In this document: positions 38,591 through 51,660 of the stretch, piece after piece
How positions within the stretch are numbered: the stretch's first letter is position 1
How the letters are laid out: each line of letters starts with the position of its first letter
Assembly (NCBI GenBank): GCA_002633005.1
Contig: NMRA01000613.1
Span: 1 to 64,000 of the forward strand
Origin: Phoronis australis
Taxonomy: Eukaryota; Animalia; Phoronida
DNA: 64,000 nucleotides
Direction: 5' to 3'
Position numbers and translations under genes: made by a program
The notes under the pieces: generated by a model
What the model saw: the letters and a program-made list of their open reading frames with translations, nothing else
What the model was told of the DNA's origin: nothing
Databases searched by the model: none

Positions 38591-41500
38591 CAAGCAAACT
38601 CCATCTTCAAAGGAAACAGCATGTCCGACCTTGGAACGCTCCTCTTCAGGAACTGATCTCATAACTCCGGCACTATTACTAAGGAACTTCGTGAGCCGAA
38701 ATCCACCCCAATGCAGCGTAACACCATTCTCCACAGTGCCAACAGATTTTAGGCAATCGTCAACGTAAAAGTTCCGTAATATTGTCTCGCCGACGACATT
38801 TGAAACGTCGAAATCTGCAAGGATACGCTTCAGCGCATAGTTGCACACGCTCGGCGACGACACTGCTCCAAAAATATGCACGATCATCTGATATTCTTCA
38901 AGCTGTCGTGAAAGGTCACCGTCTGGCCACCAAATAAATCCATGTGGTCTTCAGGAATGTTAACTTGGTGAAACATCGCCTCCACGTCACCCACGAAAGC
39001 TGCTGGTTCCTGACGGAAACGAGTCAAAACACCCACCCACGAGTTGATGAAATTTGGGCCACGCAGCAAACTATCGTTGATAGACACACCTTCAAATCTT
39101 GCGCTACAATCAAACACTACACGTATCTTCTCCGGCTTCTTGGGATGATAGACTCTATGGTGTGGCAAGTACCAAACACTTCCAATCTGAGTCGAGAGCC
39201 GATCCGAAGGGACTTTCCTGGCATGACCCTTATCAAATAGAACATTCATAAATTTAGCGTAATCACTCCGGTAAGAATCTGAACTCAACATCTTTTTCCT
39301 CTGCCACAACGCCCGCTGTAAAGCCTGGACCCGGTTGTTCGGCATGTGGGGACGTTCTTCACGAAATGGTAGCGGTATTTCGTAGTGTCAGCACTGAACC
39401 TGTGCGCCGTCATCTAAAATCTCCATAAATCGACGATCTTGCGCAGACATACCATTTTCGTCGGAGTGATGACTCTCCGTATCACAGAAATCTCGTTCCA
39501 GCACCTGGCGAATATCATCAATACTCTGGTCCACAGCTATTCTCCTGTTCACCGCAACATCCTGAACACACACCATGTGGCACGACATCTCGCGTACATC
39601 ACTTTCGGCCACGTTCACAGGGCCATTGACAGTCCACCCATGCCGTAGCCTCACGCCAAATGGTCCGTTCATTGAGGACGGAAACACCTCCAAAGGCTCC
39701 AGGGCAATCGGACAATTGCTGCCAATCAACAACCCAATATCAAGATGCGGTACAAAATCTGCAACACAGTCAGCTAACGCTTCAAGATTCGATGATTTAC
39801 GAAGAACCTCTGGCCTGGGAATGCGACAATGCTGAACAGGTATTTCGTGACGAGAGTAAGTCTTGGGAAGACGCACGGCATTCTCCCCCTGCAGGTCCGT
39901 GACTACAAGTCCTGAAACGACGTTAGAATCAACATACGTAGATCCATGCATGGTATTAAGATGCAGCATAGCAGGTACGGAATCAACACCAATCTGGTCT
40001 AGCAGAGCCTCCGAAATAAAGCATGCAGTGCTACCCAGATCATAGAATGCGTACGTGTTAATAAAGGAATCTGATGATTCATGATCAATTCTAACCAGAA
40101 GTATGGATTGCAAAATCTCGCAACTATCAATGGCATCATCAACCACCAGACAAGAATGCTGATTAGGTCCCTCGGTCTGAGTTCCAGGCTCAATACGGTT
40201 CTTACGTGACGTATATCCATCGTTGTGAAGACATGTCGGGTGAGGCTTTGGAATATTTGGCACAAACTTTCTTTTTAGCACAACCCTTCACCAAATGGTT
40301 ACCTCGAAGACACCCGAAACACAGCTGCTTCTTTGCAATGAAGGCTCTTCTTTCTTCATACGGCTTTTCCATAAAATTGGAACTATTGATATCGTGAGCT
40401 CGGCTACAAAATAAACATTCCATAACAGTCTTTCCACTTCTACCAACCTCGGCAGAGAAGGAATAAGCACTCTTAATGGTACGGGTTTTCTCGGAATGTG
40501 CAGGACCCGAACTAAACAATGCATCTTTACCAAACACTGGATAACTTGCGACCTGAGAAGCGTGTGAAACAAAGTCAACTAAATCAGTGAAGCATGCCCG
40601 AAACCTTGCATTTCTATAAGATGCAGCTTTGTCCCTCCATTTATTTTGCAAGTACAAGGGTAAATTACGTACAGTCGTCTGGAGGTTAGATGGATGATTT
40701 AAGACTCCAAGTGATGAAATACCAATCATCGCATGCCGACATCTTTCTAGACAATGAGCATACCGACGCAAAGCAGAAGCATCCTCACTCTTGACGCTGG
40801 CCCACTTGTTAAGTCTGGCCACATAAGAATTCGCTTTCTTGAAGTGGTCGCCGTATTCCATGTCCAACAGTTCCCTTTCTTCCATATAACCACGTTCAGG
40901 ATCCATATACAAGCATCATCCAATCAAATTCTTTGGTTCTCCCACCAGGTGTTGATCTAAATAGTACAGTAAGTCTGATGGGTTAGATACTCTCGCAGAC
41001 ACTCTAGCACCAAACGCCATAAGGAAAGACGAGTAACTTAAAACATCTCCATTAACCTTGGGAACCTCAATAACCGGCAGCGATACCGAACTGGCTAAAC
41101 TTTGATAAGCTGCAAGAACTGCGTTTGTTGAGGTGTCGTTTGGTGTAAAGACACGAGCTGTAGGATCTAACAGTTCTCTGTGACATACGTGTACCTCAGG
41201 ATATCTGTACTGCTTACCACTTCCCTCAAACAGAGTGGTAGGAGGCGAAGATGAGAGACTCACTGGTAGTACAACTGCATCGATCTCTGTAGGTGTAGGT
41301 ATATACGCTGTACTCTTGACGTCATTCCTCGCAGCAGAGATCCGAACGGCTGGGCTATCACCTGCAGCTAGACTGAAAAGAGGCATAGAGCAACAACTAG
41401 ACACAATATGACCATTATCAGTAGACACTTGAATGTTTTGCTAACGTAGGATTACTATAAACCAAACTATTATGAGATAAACTACTTTGAGTCCCATGTT

Positions 41501-42300
41501 CATTAACAATCTGTGGCACAACGTCTACATGTGTAGCTTTGTCCAATGATTCGACGGCAACCTTTGACGATCCACAAAATGATACTGATGACGTCACTTG
41601 TTTACACACGATCGGCGTAGGTTCGTCAACCGGTGGCGTTGAAGTCGCTGATGCACTAACCGTCACGGGCACGTCAAATGATAGCAGCTTTGACGTCACT
41701 GGTGTACTGACGACGACGGATGGTTCACGCAAAAGCGGCACTGAAGACGCTGGCCAACTAATAGACGCCGGCTCCTGTCCATGGGAAATACTCTCGTGTG
41801 CATTGGCGATTGCGAGTTCTGTGTCTATCTGCAGTGCTTTCGCACGTCTTTCTAATGACAACTGTTCTTCTTTAACCTGCGACTCTAACATCATAAATTC
41901 TTCTTCTTCATAAGCTTTTGCCTCAGCCTCGCGTTCTCTGGCTCTTATCTCACGCATTTTTGCTCTTGTTTCACGCTCCTACTGCTGCTGCTTGATCCGC
42001 GACTCCAGTTTTGCCTGCTGTTCCTTGATCAGCATCTCCGCTTCCAAGCCTTGTTTACGCGCCAGCAACTTGGCCTTCTTCAACCTGACGCTAGCCACTG
42101 AAGACTGCGACCTTGCACTCAAAGCAGTGTTTGCGGTGTGAGCAATACAGAGCTAAAGGCGTCCTTACCATATACACTAGACGAAGCAACGACAACTTGT
42201 TGTACCTCACGCTCCTCCGCCTCACCTGGTAATTCGTCAGAATGTCAGACGGTCTCATGGTCGGTTGGTGGAACTTCCATTCGCACGACTGTCAATAGTG
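38591..42300 (-). mobile_element. BEL/Pao LTR retrotransposon, degenerate gag-protease-RT, 3' truncated
   Basis: Coiled-coil then Pao gag (LPVIEVPKVNGDVLSYSSF...LLYYLDQHLVGEPK), Zn knuckles (CLFCSRAH, CFGCLRGNH), aspartic protease (YAFYDLGSTACFIS) and RT (WYLPHHRVYHPKKPEKIRVVFDCSA, GDVEAMFHQV, FGAVSSP, NFYVDDCL). Multiple stops and frameshifts, no RNase H or integrase, LTR not delimited. Confidence 0.93.
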
Positions 42301-43259
42301 CTAAGACAGCACTGTTATTACTAATGTAGCCGCGTCTGGCTACAAGGATAAGTTAAAAGCCGTTTGCATAAAACACTTTATTATTCAGTTGCAAGCGATG
42401 AAAAGTGTCCGAACAAACGTTGAAAAGGAGAAACCGAAAAAGCGGTTATCTGTAATGAAGAAAAACCACACAGTCTGAGTACTCGGCAAGCAAGCGTAAT
42501 TACCAAGCACTATATATCAAGAGCGTTAGAAAGGCTCGCGCCAATGACTCTATGACAGGCAAATACTACATGTACCTCGCTAACAATACACAATTAACTG
42601 GAACCCATACTATCTATTCTACTACTGGAAACCATTACCATGCATAAACAACTGCCTAACTGCGACCGTAACTATTTATTCTATGAACCGGGTACCGCGC
42701 AACATATACGCCAAACAAGCAGCTGAATGAAACTATACGTTAAACAACAACTATACACGCTCTGAACTTAGCTAGTAGATACGCACGAGTACAACATGCT
42801 ATGCCATAATACTCAGTACTTACAACAGTTTGGCCAACAGTCTGTGTTAAATATACATGTAAAAGGTCCAGCATCCGAGGAAAACAGATAATTCGCGTTA
42901 CAAATCTTGTCAACGAATGCCGCTATACACGAGCAACGCTAGTCACCAAAACCCGAGTAACATTCAGAGGCTATTACGTAATTATAGCCCGCCGATCAAG
43001 CTACAATTAGACTTTGCAAATGCTATTATAGCCACTGGAAAGAACCGGATTACTAAAAGAAGCCCAATCACAGCGGCGAAAGATGTACTGCTATCTACAT
43101 GTATAAAGAAAATAAACAGCGTGATATGTAAACAAAACACAATAACCAATGACAAAAATGATGCACGGCATCAACAATTTGACTACAGAAAAGTCGGCTG
43201 AAAGAATGCGAGTTGTAACACGCTCTCCTTCAATGTATTATGTAAGTTTTATCAGTTGG

Positions 43260-43534
43260 CTACGTCATAATCTCGTACTCGCTCGTGTTATCTTCTACAC
43301 TTGGACCATGTAGTTCGGAATACTCTTCATGTGAATCTTCCGCGCTATTTGCCAGTTCTTCATAAACGGAAGGTTGTGTCACATTGACGTACGGCACGTC
43401 CTCTGTTTGTTGAGATGCGGAAGCTTGTATGTCTGAGTAGGTGTCATCTTCAGTTTGATCGTCGTAAATTTGCTCATGTTCACCTGTCTTCCTAACCTTT
43501 TCCAGTATAATTCTGCTTGACCCAAGAGGCACAC
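43260..43534 (-). CDS. Ig receptor copy C, terminal exon: SAM C-terminal helix plus tyrosine-motif tail
   Basis: TTTACAG acceptor, then GVPLGSSRIILEKVRK...IYDD..TYSDI..VPYVNV..SVYEEL..EYSEL..EYEIMT*. Confidence 0.88.
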
Positions 43535-43833
43535 CTGTAAAGATGGATGTAGATTCAAAGGGACATTTGAACAGCCAAAGGCGGGTTTAACGCCGCTTAA
43601 CTTGTTGAGTGTGAAATTATGTAAATTTTTAACAAAAAAAAATTGTAAGCGACCTCAAAGGTATCTACCATTAGAAAATTAGAAAATGTCAGGGTCTGAA
43701 AACGCTTTTAGTGAAAAAATCGTTTATCAAAAAGGCGATTTGAATCACCTGAAGAAACACAGGCACACCCCCGTGAAGTTTAACACGAACATTTCGCATT
43801 TTTAAAGATGTGTACTTCCTAACCAATGTTTAC

Positions 43834-43962
43834 CTACTAGCCTCGATGCCAAATCTTCAATAGAAAGTTTCCGTAGACAGTTCGTTGTTACTTGTCCTGT
43901 TTCGACAGCTGGAGAGTGGACATGCAGTCCAAGTGATTCAACCAGAGTCTCAACATTGACGT
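43834..43962 (-). CDS. Ig receptor copy C, SAM-like domain exon
   Basis: Phase 1-1, 129 nt. Encodes DVNVETLVESLGLHVHSPAVETGQVTTNCLRKLSIEDLASRLV. Confidence 0.85.
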
Positions 43963-44497
43963 CTAAAATTGAGGATAGTTTCAATAACAAGCTGAAAAAT
44001 ACTTCAGAGCAAGTGTACTTTAAAAATACTCTTTCAGCTATAATTGTGTGAAAAAGTTTATAAAACGTTATTTAACGCTTAGTTCAATCGAAGCTAATGC
44101 ACATTCAACCCAACTCCAAATTTCAAACTTAACTGAATTCAAAATGATCTTTTGGTTTAAATGTACTACTATCTAATATGGCCGCTATAGCAACAGCTGA
44201 CTCATGCATTATGGGTACTCACTCAAGTGCCGCTATGGGCAATAAAAATCTTTGTAAAACTAATAATAAAATACGGCAAACACAAACAGTTTTGAAAGTT
44301 ACGAGCTGTTTTTATTTTAGTGATACCAGTCTTTGGAATGACGAAATTCATCCTGTGCTATAAATTGCTGAATATAGAGGACATAGTATCTCTAAAGCAG
44401 ATTAGTAACAAGCACTCAAACAAGCAAAAAATTAACAAATCAGCAAACAAACAAGCTTTGTCAAAAATAAAATTACCGAAAATGGAATATCTCTTAC

Positions 44498-44546
44498 CAG
44501 TTAGTTTCCTGCAACTGGTACATGTATTTGTTAACTCCATATTAAC
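44498..44546 (-). CDS. Ig receptor copy C, cytoplasmic mini-exon
   Basis: TTTTTAAG acceptor, VNMELTNTCTSCRKLT, GTAAG donor. Phase 0-1. Confidence 0.78.
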
Positions 44547-44647
44547 CTTAAAAATACAAGTTCTTATATTCAAGATGGATCCAACAAACAAACTTTTTAA
44601 TTTGCCATTTGCAAATTATTGTAAACGCACTGAAATGGACACGGGTT

Positions 44648-44718
44648 CATGGACGGCGCAGCACTGAAATAAGTGGGGGGGTGCTATAGCCCTCAGCCCC
44701 TGTGGTGCGCCGTCCATG
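44648..44718. mobile_element. Tiny MITE (71 bp)
   Basis: Perfect 13-bp TIRs CATGGACGGCGCA and TGCGCCGTCCATG. Confidence 0.65.
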
Positions 44719-45290
44719 AGGTTTATGTTGTCACTCGGGCTAGAAAAATGTTGATGAAAACTGAAAAATGCTCAGCCTGATGTGTCTTCAAAAATAGAGC
44801 GAAACGATGATTCCGCGCAACACACGTTTAAACAAAGCAGCATTCACCTGAAACAAGCTGCGTGACCCATCTGCTTACACCAACGTTACACAAACGTGCT
44901 GCAAACGATCTCAGATATCTAACTTCTCGAAAGTGTTTTTCAGACGCCGCCCTATTTTGGGATCTCCCTTATTCTACTGTAACCAATATCATTATTTTTT
45001 GTTGGAAATTTATCCATGTTGTAGTCTTTTCACGAACTGTGAACACCTTAGTCATAATATCCCAGACATCGAATGAATGAAAGCACAAAACGCTAAATCG
45101 TTATCACCTACTCCGTGAATTCCGTTGCGACATTGCCGACTTCAGTTCTGATATTACTATGATCGCGATAAAAGTTGTGGAAATTTTCAAAAAAAATAAA
45201 ATAATAATCTGCCGATACAAGGCAATCAAACTCATTTGTTACAGTATTTATTACATGTAACTCTTTTGTCTCGATCCATTGTAACCTCAC

Positions 45291-45387
45291 CAAGTCATCT
45301 GTATACGTCACATCGCCAGCTCTCATGGAGGTACCTCTTGTTTGGTATGAAGACTGCGTTTGTCGGTTGGCACTTGGACGGCTTACT
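45291..45387 (-). CDS. Ig receptor copy C, juxtamembrane cytoplasmic exon
   Basis: TTTACTAG acceptor, (K)VSRPSANRQTQSSYQTRGTSMRAGDVTYTDDL, GTGAG donor. Phase 2-0. Confidence 0.82.
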
Positions 45388-46559
45388 CTAGTAAATGAAA
45401 ATGAATGTCAAATTGACTGCTTCTGACGTTGAGAATCCTCATTTCGCAGCATCGGGAATATTAAAGACTCTTAATCTTAGAACAATGACCAAATTTATCA
45501 TCAAACTTGGGATAGGAAAAAAAATGGCCAATCAAATTGAAACGAAACGTCGAGCTACTTTAAATGATGCATTATTAGCCAAACATATGGATTGTTCTAA
45601 AAATCCCTCAACCCCCATAGCCCTCGATCCCCGCGACCCCTCGACCCCCGACCTACGGCAATAGAAGTATTTTTGCGCTTTTTACACATTTGACTATAAA
45701 ATGTTACTGTGGGCGACATTGTATAACGTCATAGCTCTTTTCTCGAATGACCTTAAGTACAGTAGGAGCTTGGCCATTGCGTCACTTTCACGGTTTCAGA
45801 GATTATTGTTGGTGGGGGGACTGTAGCCCTCAGGCCCCTATGGTTCTACGCTTATGCAAGATTGTTTTTCAGTCCCATACATGCCACTGAATAATTACAA
45901 TAAAGAGTCAGAATCGATGACAATGAAGTATGAATCCTGATCAAATGCCCACGGCTAAATCAAAATCGACGTCCATAATCGAGAGTTGAGAGCGTTACGG
46001 TCTAAAATAAATTTTTTGGTCACTTACCAAATGCCAACTGAATCTCATTATGCAAAGAGTTATTTAGTTGTGCAAACTAAAAAAAGAATCTTCAAAATAT
46101 TAATTCGGACAATGTTTGAGAAACTTATGTAATACTAGGTTTTTGTCTATGAATTTCATACATTTTTAGCGTTACGAGTGGTCATTTTAAAAAATTACAA
46201 TTTTCAACTGTCAAGAGTATAAAAGAAATTGATTTTATCCAGTAAACAATTTGCTTAGATATGACTGGGAATAACTTGAGTCACTTTCAGAATCACTTAG
46301 ATGAAGTTGTGTTAAACCATTGAGAAATGGTAGGGTTAACCATAAAACGGGCACTCGTTACGAAATTTGTAAATTCTGTGATTCTAACCCTCACCTTCTG
46401 TAAAGAAGGTTAAAAACTAAAGTCCACACTCTGTAATAAAACGAACTGTAGAATATGTTAGCCTAGGCAACACAGGAAATTATTCAATATCTAAACAAAC
46501 CAAAAGTTTGGATATTGACTGGGTTCTGCTATGTTGAAAATGGGCCAAAAAGGTTAACA

Positions 46560-47825
46560 AAATGTAGTGTACGTACCCCCATGTGGAATTCAGTAACACA
46601 AATGAAATTATTGCCTTTTAAATAACAGCATGGTGCTTATCATCATCAAAGAAAAATAAATGGCCATACAACATTATCTTACCATGTGATGCAGAAACAG
46701 TGATGTAGTGTACGTACCCCATTTTGTAGTGTACGTACCCCAATGTTTACAAATGTCATGAAATTTAAATATCACATGGTAAGTGAGCAACATTGGGCAT
46801 AGACAATTTCCTTCCTTAATCATGTTACCATATGATGCAGAAACAGTGATGTAGTGTACGTACCCCCATGTTTACAAATGTCATGAAATTTAAATATCAC
46901 TTCGGAAGTGAGCAACATTTGTCATAGACAATTTCCTTCCTGGGTTTATTGCAAATACATTTGTTTTGAGTGAAATATTAGCATTTGTGTAGTGTACATG
47001 TACGTATCCCAATAATTTAATTTGTGCCTATTTTCAAAGTATGGCAAATATGCAAATGAATGCTATGATTTTTATTTTTTTTCTCTGAATTGATTTAGTG
47101 GATTCTTAGTATTGAGTTACAAACCTGACATGTCATTGATATGTAGTGTACATAGCCCGATGTGAACAAATTCCATGAAACAAAAATGCTACACGGTAAG
47201 TTAGCAACATTTTTCACAGACAGTTTCCTCCAATAAAATGCTAGGTTAAAAGGGTGTTAATTACGAATACATTTGTTTTGAATGAAATATTAGCATTTGT
47301 GTAGTGTACGTGCCCCTATATTTGAACATGTGCCTGTTTTCAAAGAATGACATACAGATATGCACATGACTGTATGCTGTACTTTTTAATTGTTCTCTTT
47401 GAATAGATTTGGTAAATGAACTCTCAATAGATTCTAAGTATTTTTTTATAAACGTGACAAGTCATTGAAATGTAGTGGACGTACCTTCAACCTCTGTGCT
47501 ATAAATTATTGCCCTAAAGAATTTTACATACTGCTGTTCTCATGAACAATACTGATATTTCCAAAATGAATGCAGTCTGCCAAAAAATGGACATTATCAA
47601 ATTTGTGGACAATAAAATGCCACACAGGACTTGACTAGTAGTTAACATCCCAGAAGACACGTCATGTGACAACTGATGTTGCAGAGGCAGGCTCTCTATC
47701 TTTCAAGACCACTTGTAACAAACCAACAAGTAGAGGCAGCACAAAACTCGATACCATCCCATGCATTTGTAACTTAGTCAAAATTTGACGTTGATTGACT
47801 GTGCGTAGTGTACGTACCCCCCAAA
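46560..47825. repeat. Irregular array anchored by TGTAGTGTACGTACCCC in an intron of copy C
   Basis: The motif or close variants occur at about 46563, 46703, 46725, 46850, 46988, 47142, 47299, 47471 and 47805, with longer diverged shared flanks. Absent from the paralogous intron of copy B. Confidence 0.7.
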
Positions 47826-48027
47826 CAGTACCATTTTACTGTTTACAAGTTGAACCCTTTGGCTAGCATTTCTTCAACAATTCTAGCCAACTGGTGAATG
47901 TTTTGAAACCTAGGCAAATAGCACCAATAAAGTTTTTGCAAAAAGTAGTTACTAGTCATTTTCTTTTTGTAAGAATCATATTGCAAGAAAAGAAGTTTTC
48001 ATTATACTGTGTTAAAATACACAATTG

Positions 48028-48145
48028 AGGAGGCAGTGTGGCCTGGTTGATAAGTGCCCGCTTTCTTTACTCGAGATCGTGGGTTCGAGTCCCACCGGGT
48101 CACACTGCTAAACCCTTGAGTCAGGTTTCTAGCTCCTCAGCTCGG
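48028..48145 (+). mobile_element. tRNA-derived SINE head
   Basis: Pol III A-box-like TGGCCTGGTTG and B-box GGTTCGAGTCC, followed by a CCCTTGAG..AGG SINE-like body. No complete cloverleaf. Confidence 0.6.
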
Positions 48146-48403
48146 TTTTAACCATATATTAATAAAGCATAAAAATATTTACAGGTGATCAGTGCAATGG
48201 GCCCACATGCAAGGCCTGCGCACGTCTGGTACAACGTGTATCAGACCGCCTGGAATTATTTAATTATTTTTTATATTAAGATACGGAATGTTTTTTGTCA
48301 TCGAAATTGACTAGACAAGTTCAAAATACTTGTTTGCAGTAAGTAACTATGTTAATTAACAAAAACGACTTCAAAAGGCAACGTTCCACTTTAATGCGCA
48401 TAC

Positions 48404-48548
48404 TTGTTTCCTCTAAATCCAATCACTGACATCACTCTTCTCTTTCGTATAACCAGAAATAAGACAAGGAGCACAATTGCCACTGCACACACGGAGACGA
48501 CAACCCCGGCTATTTCGCCATCTGCCAAGCCTTGTTCTTGGCTAGGAA
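48404..48548 (-). CDS. Ig receptor copy C, transmembrane exon
   Basis: TTTTTAG acceptor, VPSQEQGLADGEIAGVVVSVCAVAIVLLVLFLVIRKRRVMSVIGFRGN, GTATG donor. 145 nt, phase 1-2. Not present in the ORF track. Confidence 0.88.
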
Positions 48549-49470
48549 CTAAAAACATAGACCACCTGCATCAGGATTGATTTCTGATTTGCAAACACCA
48601 GAGACGCAGAATAAGGAAAAGAGAAGCATGGATATAATGTGCTATGATCCAGAGAACAGAGTTATCAGAATGCTGTTCCAGATAATACAACATTTCGTTT
48701 TTTTCATGTCGAAATAAGTCGTGTTTTCTCATGTGTATGATGAAGCACGTAGCCTTCATGTACCACCACTGAGTAGAGAGAGGGGGGTCTACCCAACACG
48801 AAATTGATGATGAACGTGGTGTAGGTGGGGCCACGAGGAATTACATTTCGGGGTGTGGGTAACGACCACGTGGGTTGTTACACATCAAACACTGAATGCA
48901 TTTCACCATAGTAACATGAAAGTACCCTTGATACGTACGTTTATATAGCTCTTGTAATTGGCATTTTAGTATTTAAATGATTCCCAAGTAGTTGTTATTC
49001 GACCAAAACAGTTTTTTCAACATCCGTGATCTGCACATGTGAGACGAAGAAGTATATTGCCCCAGTATTTGTCAACAACCGCACGTTTAATAAAAACAAC
49101 TCAGAGTGTTGATAGGAGCCCACCATGTGCATTGTAAAGTTAGTTTTAAAATATTTCCGCGATCAACGCATTCGAAATTCAACATCAGCTGTGCTTTCCT
49201 CATTAAAAAATTAGTCAAATTTTGGAATTTTTTGGGGGAAATGCATTGCTTCACTGGCATGCCTCATACTGTGCTGTAGACCTCAGATTCGGAGTGTTAT
49301 CACACATGGTAATCTGCCTTCGTTAATATCCATCTTGTCTGTCAGCTGTCTATGTTGGAATACAATATTTCTTGACTATGACTAATAATCGTTTATGACT
49401 ATGGAGTCGCCAAGAGAAAGTGCGAATATCTTGTAGTCAGTTGCATCGTCAACTATACTTGAACACCCAC

Positions 49471-49767
49471 CTGTAACCTTTATAGTGACTTGTTTGGACG
49501 CTGTGTAGGTCACACCCCGTACAATGTTGGACGCGTTACATATGTAGACAATTACATCTTCAAGGACCTTCTTGGAGAGAATGGCACCATTGATATCTGT
49601 GAACTGGTACCACACGTACGCGTGAGGTGCAGGGATAGGCGGCGACGAGGGGTTGACACCACAACTTAGGCTGATTTGATCACCGACGAAGTAGTCAAAT
49701 TGCAAAGCACACAGAGTGGTGGACGTCTTACAAACTCGAATGTTGACGTCGGCAACAGGCTCAGGGG
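49471..49767 (-). CDS. Ig receptor copy C, third Ig-like domain exon
   Basis: Phase 1-1, 297 nt. GDQISLSCGV...PAPHAYVWY...YICNASNIVRG...VTIKVT has the Cys-Trp-YxC pattern. Confidence 0.85.
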
Positions 49768-50234
49768 CTGGTTGGTGAATAAAAATGTAAGAAACCATGA
49801 CACATTCACACTGGAGATACGTGTAAGCTTTCAAACATTCATTCATCAAATTTAAAAGGAAATTCAATTGCCGGTAATTATAATTGTGCTGGCCAATTTC
49901 AGGTATGAGCTTAAAACTTCATAGACATGAGTTCAGTCAACCATTATGTCATTTTAAGAAGTGAAGAAACAAACATCCATAACAACAATACCGTGTCACT
50001 GTAGTACCGGTATTACAGGCCCGTAGGAAGGCAAAATTATTGTGGGGCACAAACCAATTCGGCTTTAATTGTCAAGCCACCCCTACCCTATTGCCACCAC
50101 CTGCGCCAACCAACCGTTCCCTGTGTTCCTGATGTCGTCATATTTGTATCGAATCTCTCTCGTCCGCCATAGACCTAATTCACACCGAGAGGAAGCGCGT
50201 TCCAAAACGAGGCTCGCTACAATAGCTCTGTTAA

Positions 50235-50390
50235 CTTATCGGCATTGTTGCATTTCGACTCGCACGAACGGCTGGAAAAAATACGGACACTCAACTGTCT
50301 GCTTTACAATCCCTAAGGCCGTCGAGATTCGGAAGCGTTGGGTCGTTGCTATACGCCGCGACGAAGGAAAATATGTCCGTGTAAAATTTA
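50235..50390 (+). mobile_element. THAP-domain fragment (transposon relic) in an intron of copy C
   Basis: RHCCISTRTNGWKK...FTIPKAVEIRKRWVVAIRRDEG resembles the N-terminal half of a THAP finger (F..P....R..W...I.R). Confidence 0.55.
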
Positions 50391-50684
50391 TAAAAGTTTT
50401 CGAAAATTGCCTGCTTCCCTGCATTAGAGTTCCTCCCAATTTGAACATTCCTCGGTCATTGCAATTCCTTCAACTTCCGATCGCTACAATTTCAAGCTTC
50501 TTCCTTGTCGGCAAATGTTCACCCCACCCTCCTCGGTAGACACTACTTTCGAAGAGCCCCTTTAGCGAGGGACAGGGACCTTTCAGTGCTATCTTCAAAG
50601 CTGTGGCATACTTAGTGGATAACCCGGCCCTATAATGTGAGTCATCTTCAGTCACATATCTGAAGTTTTTTTTGAGCAGCTTAC

Positions 50685-51008
50685 CCGTCACTTTAATGAT
50701 TTGAGTATTGCCCGACAAACTAGCCTGCCTGTTGGACACGTGACACCTAAATTGCACACCATCATCAGCTGTATCGAGGCTGACTGTCAGTGTACTGGTG
50801 CCGTTAGTTGTCCCATCAGTGTTGTTGGTGGAAGTGAAAGTAGCATTCTCAGTTACGTTGATGTATGCAGCGTTACCAGTCCGAAGCCACCACGCCATGG
50901 AAGCCTGTGGTTTGCCCAAGTTGGCTGTACACGTGAGGACAGTCGGTCCTGCTCCACCAACGACAGGTTGTGAGGGAACGCCAGTTAGAGATGGTGTACC
51001 TGGGAGGA
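50685..51008 (-). CDS. Ig receptor copy C, C2-type Ig exon
   Basis: TTTATCAG acceptor and GTAAG donor, 324 nt, phase 1-1. Encodes VLTCTANLGKPQASMAWW...STLTVSLDTADDGVQFRCHVSN with several N-glycosylation sequons (NVT, NAT, NNT, NGT). Confidence 0.9.
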
Positions 51009-51660
51009 CTGATAAATAAACAGTGGAATGAGATACGGAGCCTGGTCTCTTGCAGCCTGGCTCGCCTCGTCCAAGTCTGTTTTTGGCGTAGTTTGTACTT
51101 AATAAATTTCTTAAAGAGGCGTGGATCGCGAGAGCTCGTCAAAATGTCTTTAAAACAATTCCTGACGAAAGTACCAAAGTGTCTGCTAGTAACCTACAGT
51201 ACATAGTGTCTAGTGTATTGTAACAGATTACCATACAGAATGCTCTTAATTTGTGTGGAAAATGCAAATTAATCAGCTCGAGTAGTGCGTTTGTGCGGCC
51301 TTTTTTCAAATAAAAAACCCGATACCTCGGTTGAACGTGATGAAGGCGGATCCGCTTTTTTCTTTTTTTTGTTTTAGTTAGCGAGTGCAGGCCTCGAAGT
51401 GAGTCGGGCAGAACCAGCACTTTTTGGCCCAATTTCCAGTTTACGCTAATTGAAGTATAATTTTACTGAAAAGTAATGTCGATGCACCCCTGTTTTGTAG
51501 TTGTTTAAACTCATGTAAATCTAGGCCTAAATTTTTCTGACTGAAACATACAGTCCAAATACACCCGCGGCCTCTGACCATACACCTCTATGCATTCTTC
51601 AGCACTCTGTCAGTTACAAACTGCTTAGTCTTAGAGAGAATAGCCAAAAACACAACTTAC

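Noticed and set aside
48028-48105. tRNA gene
   Set aside because: A and B boxes are present, but there is no acceptor or anticodon stem pairing and it continues into a SINE-like body.
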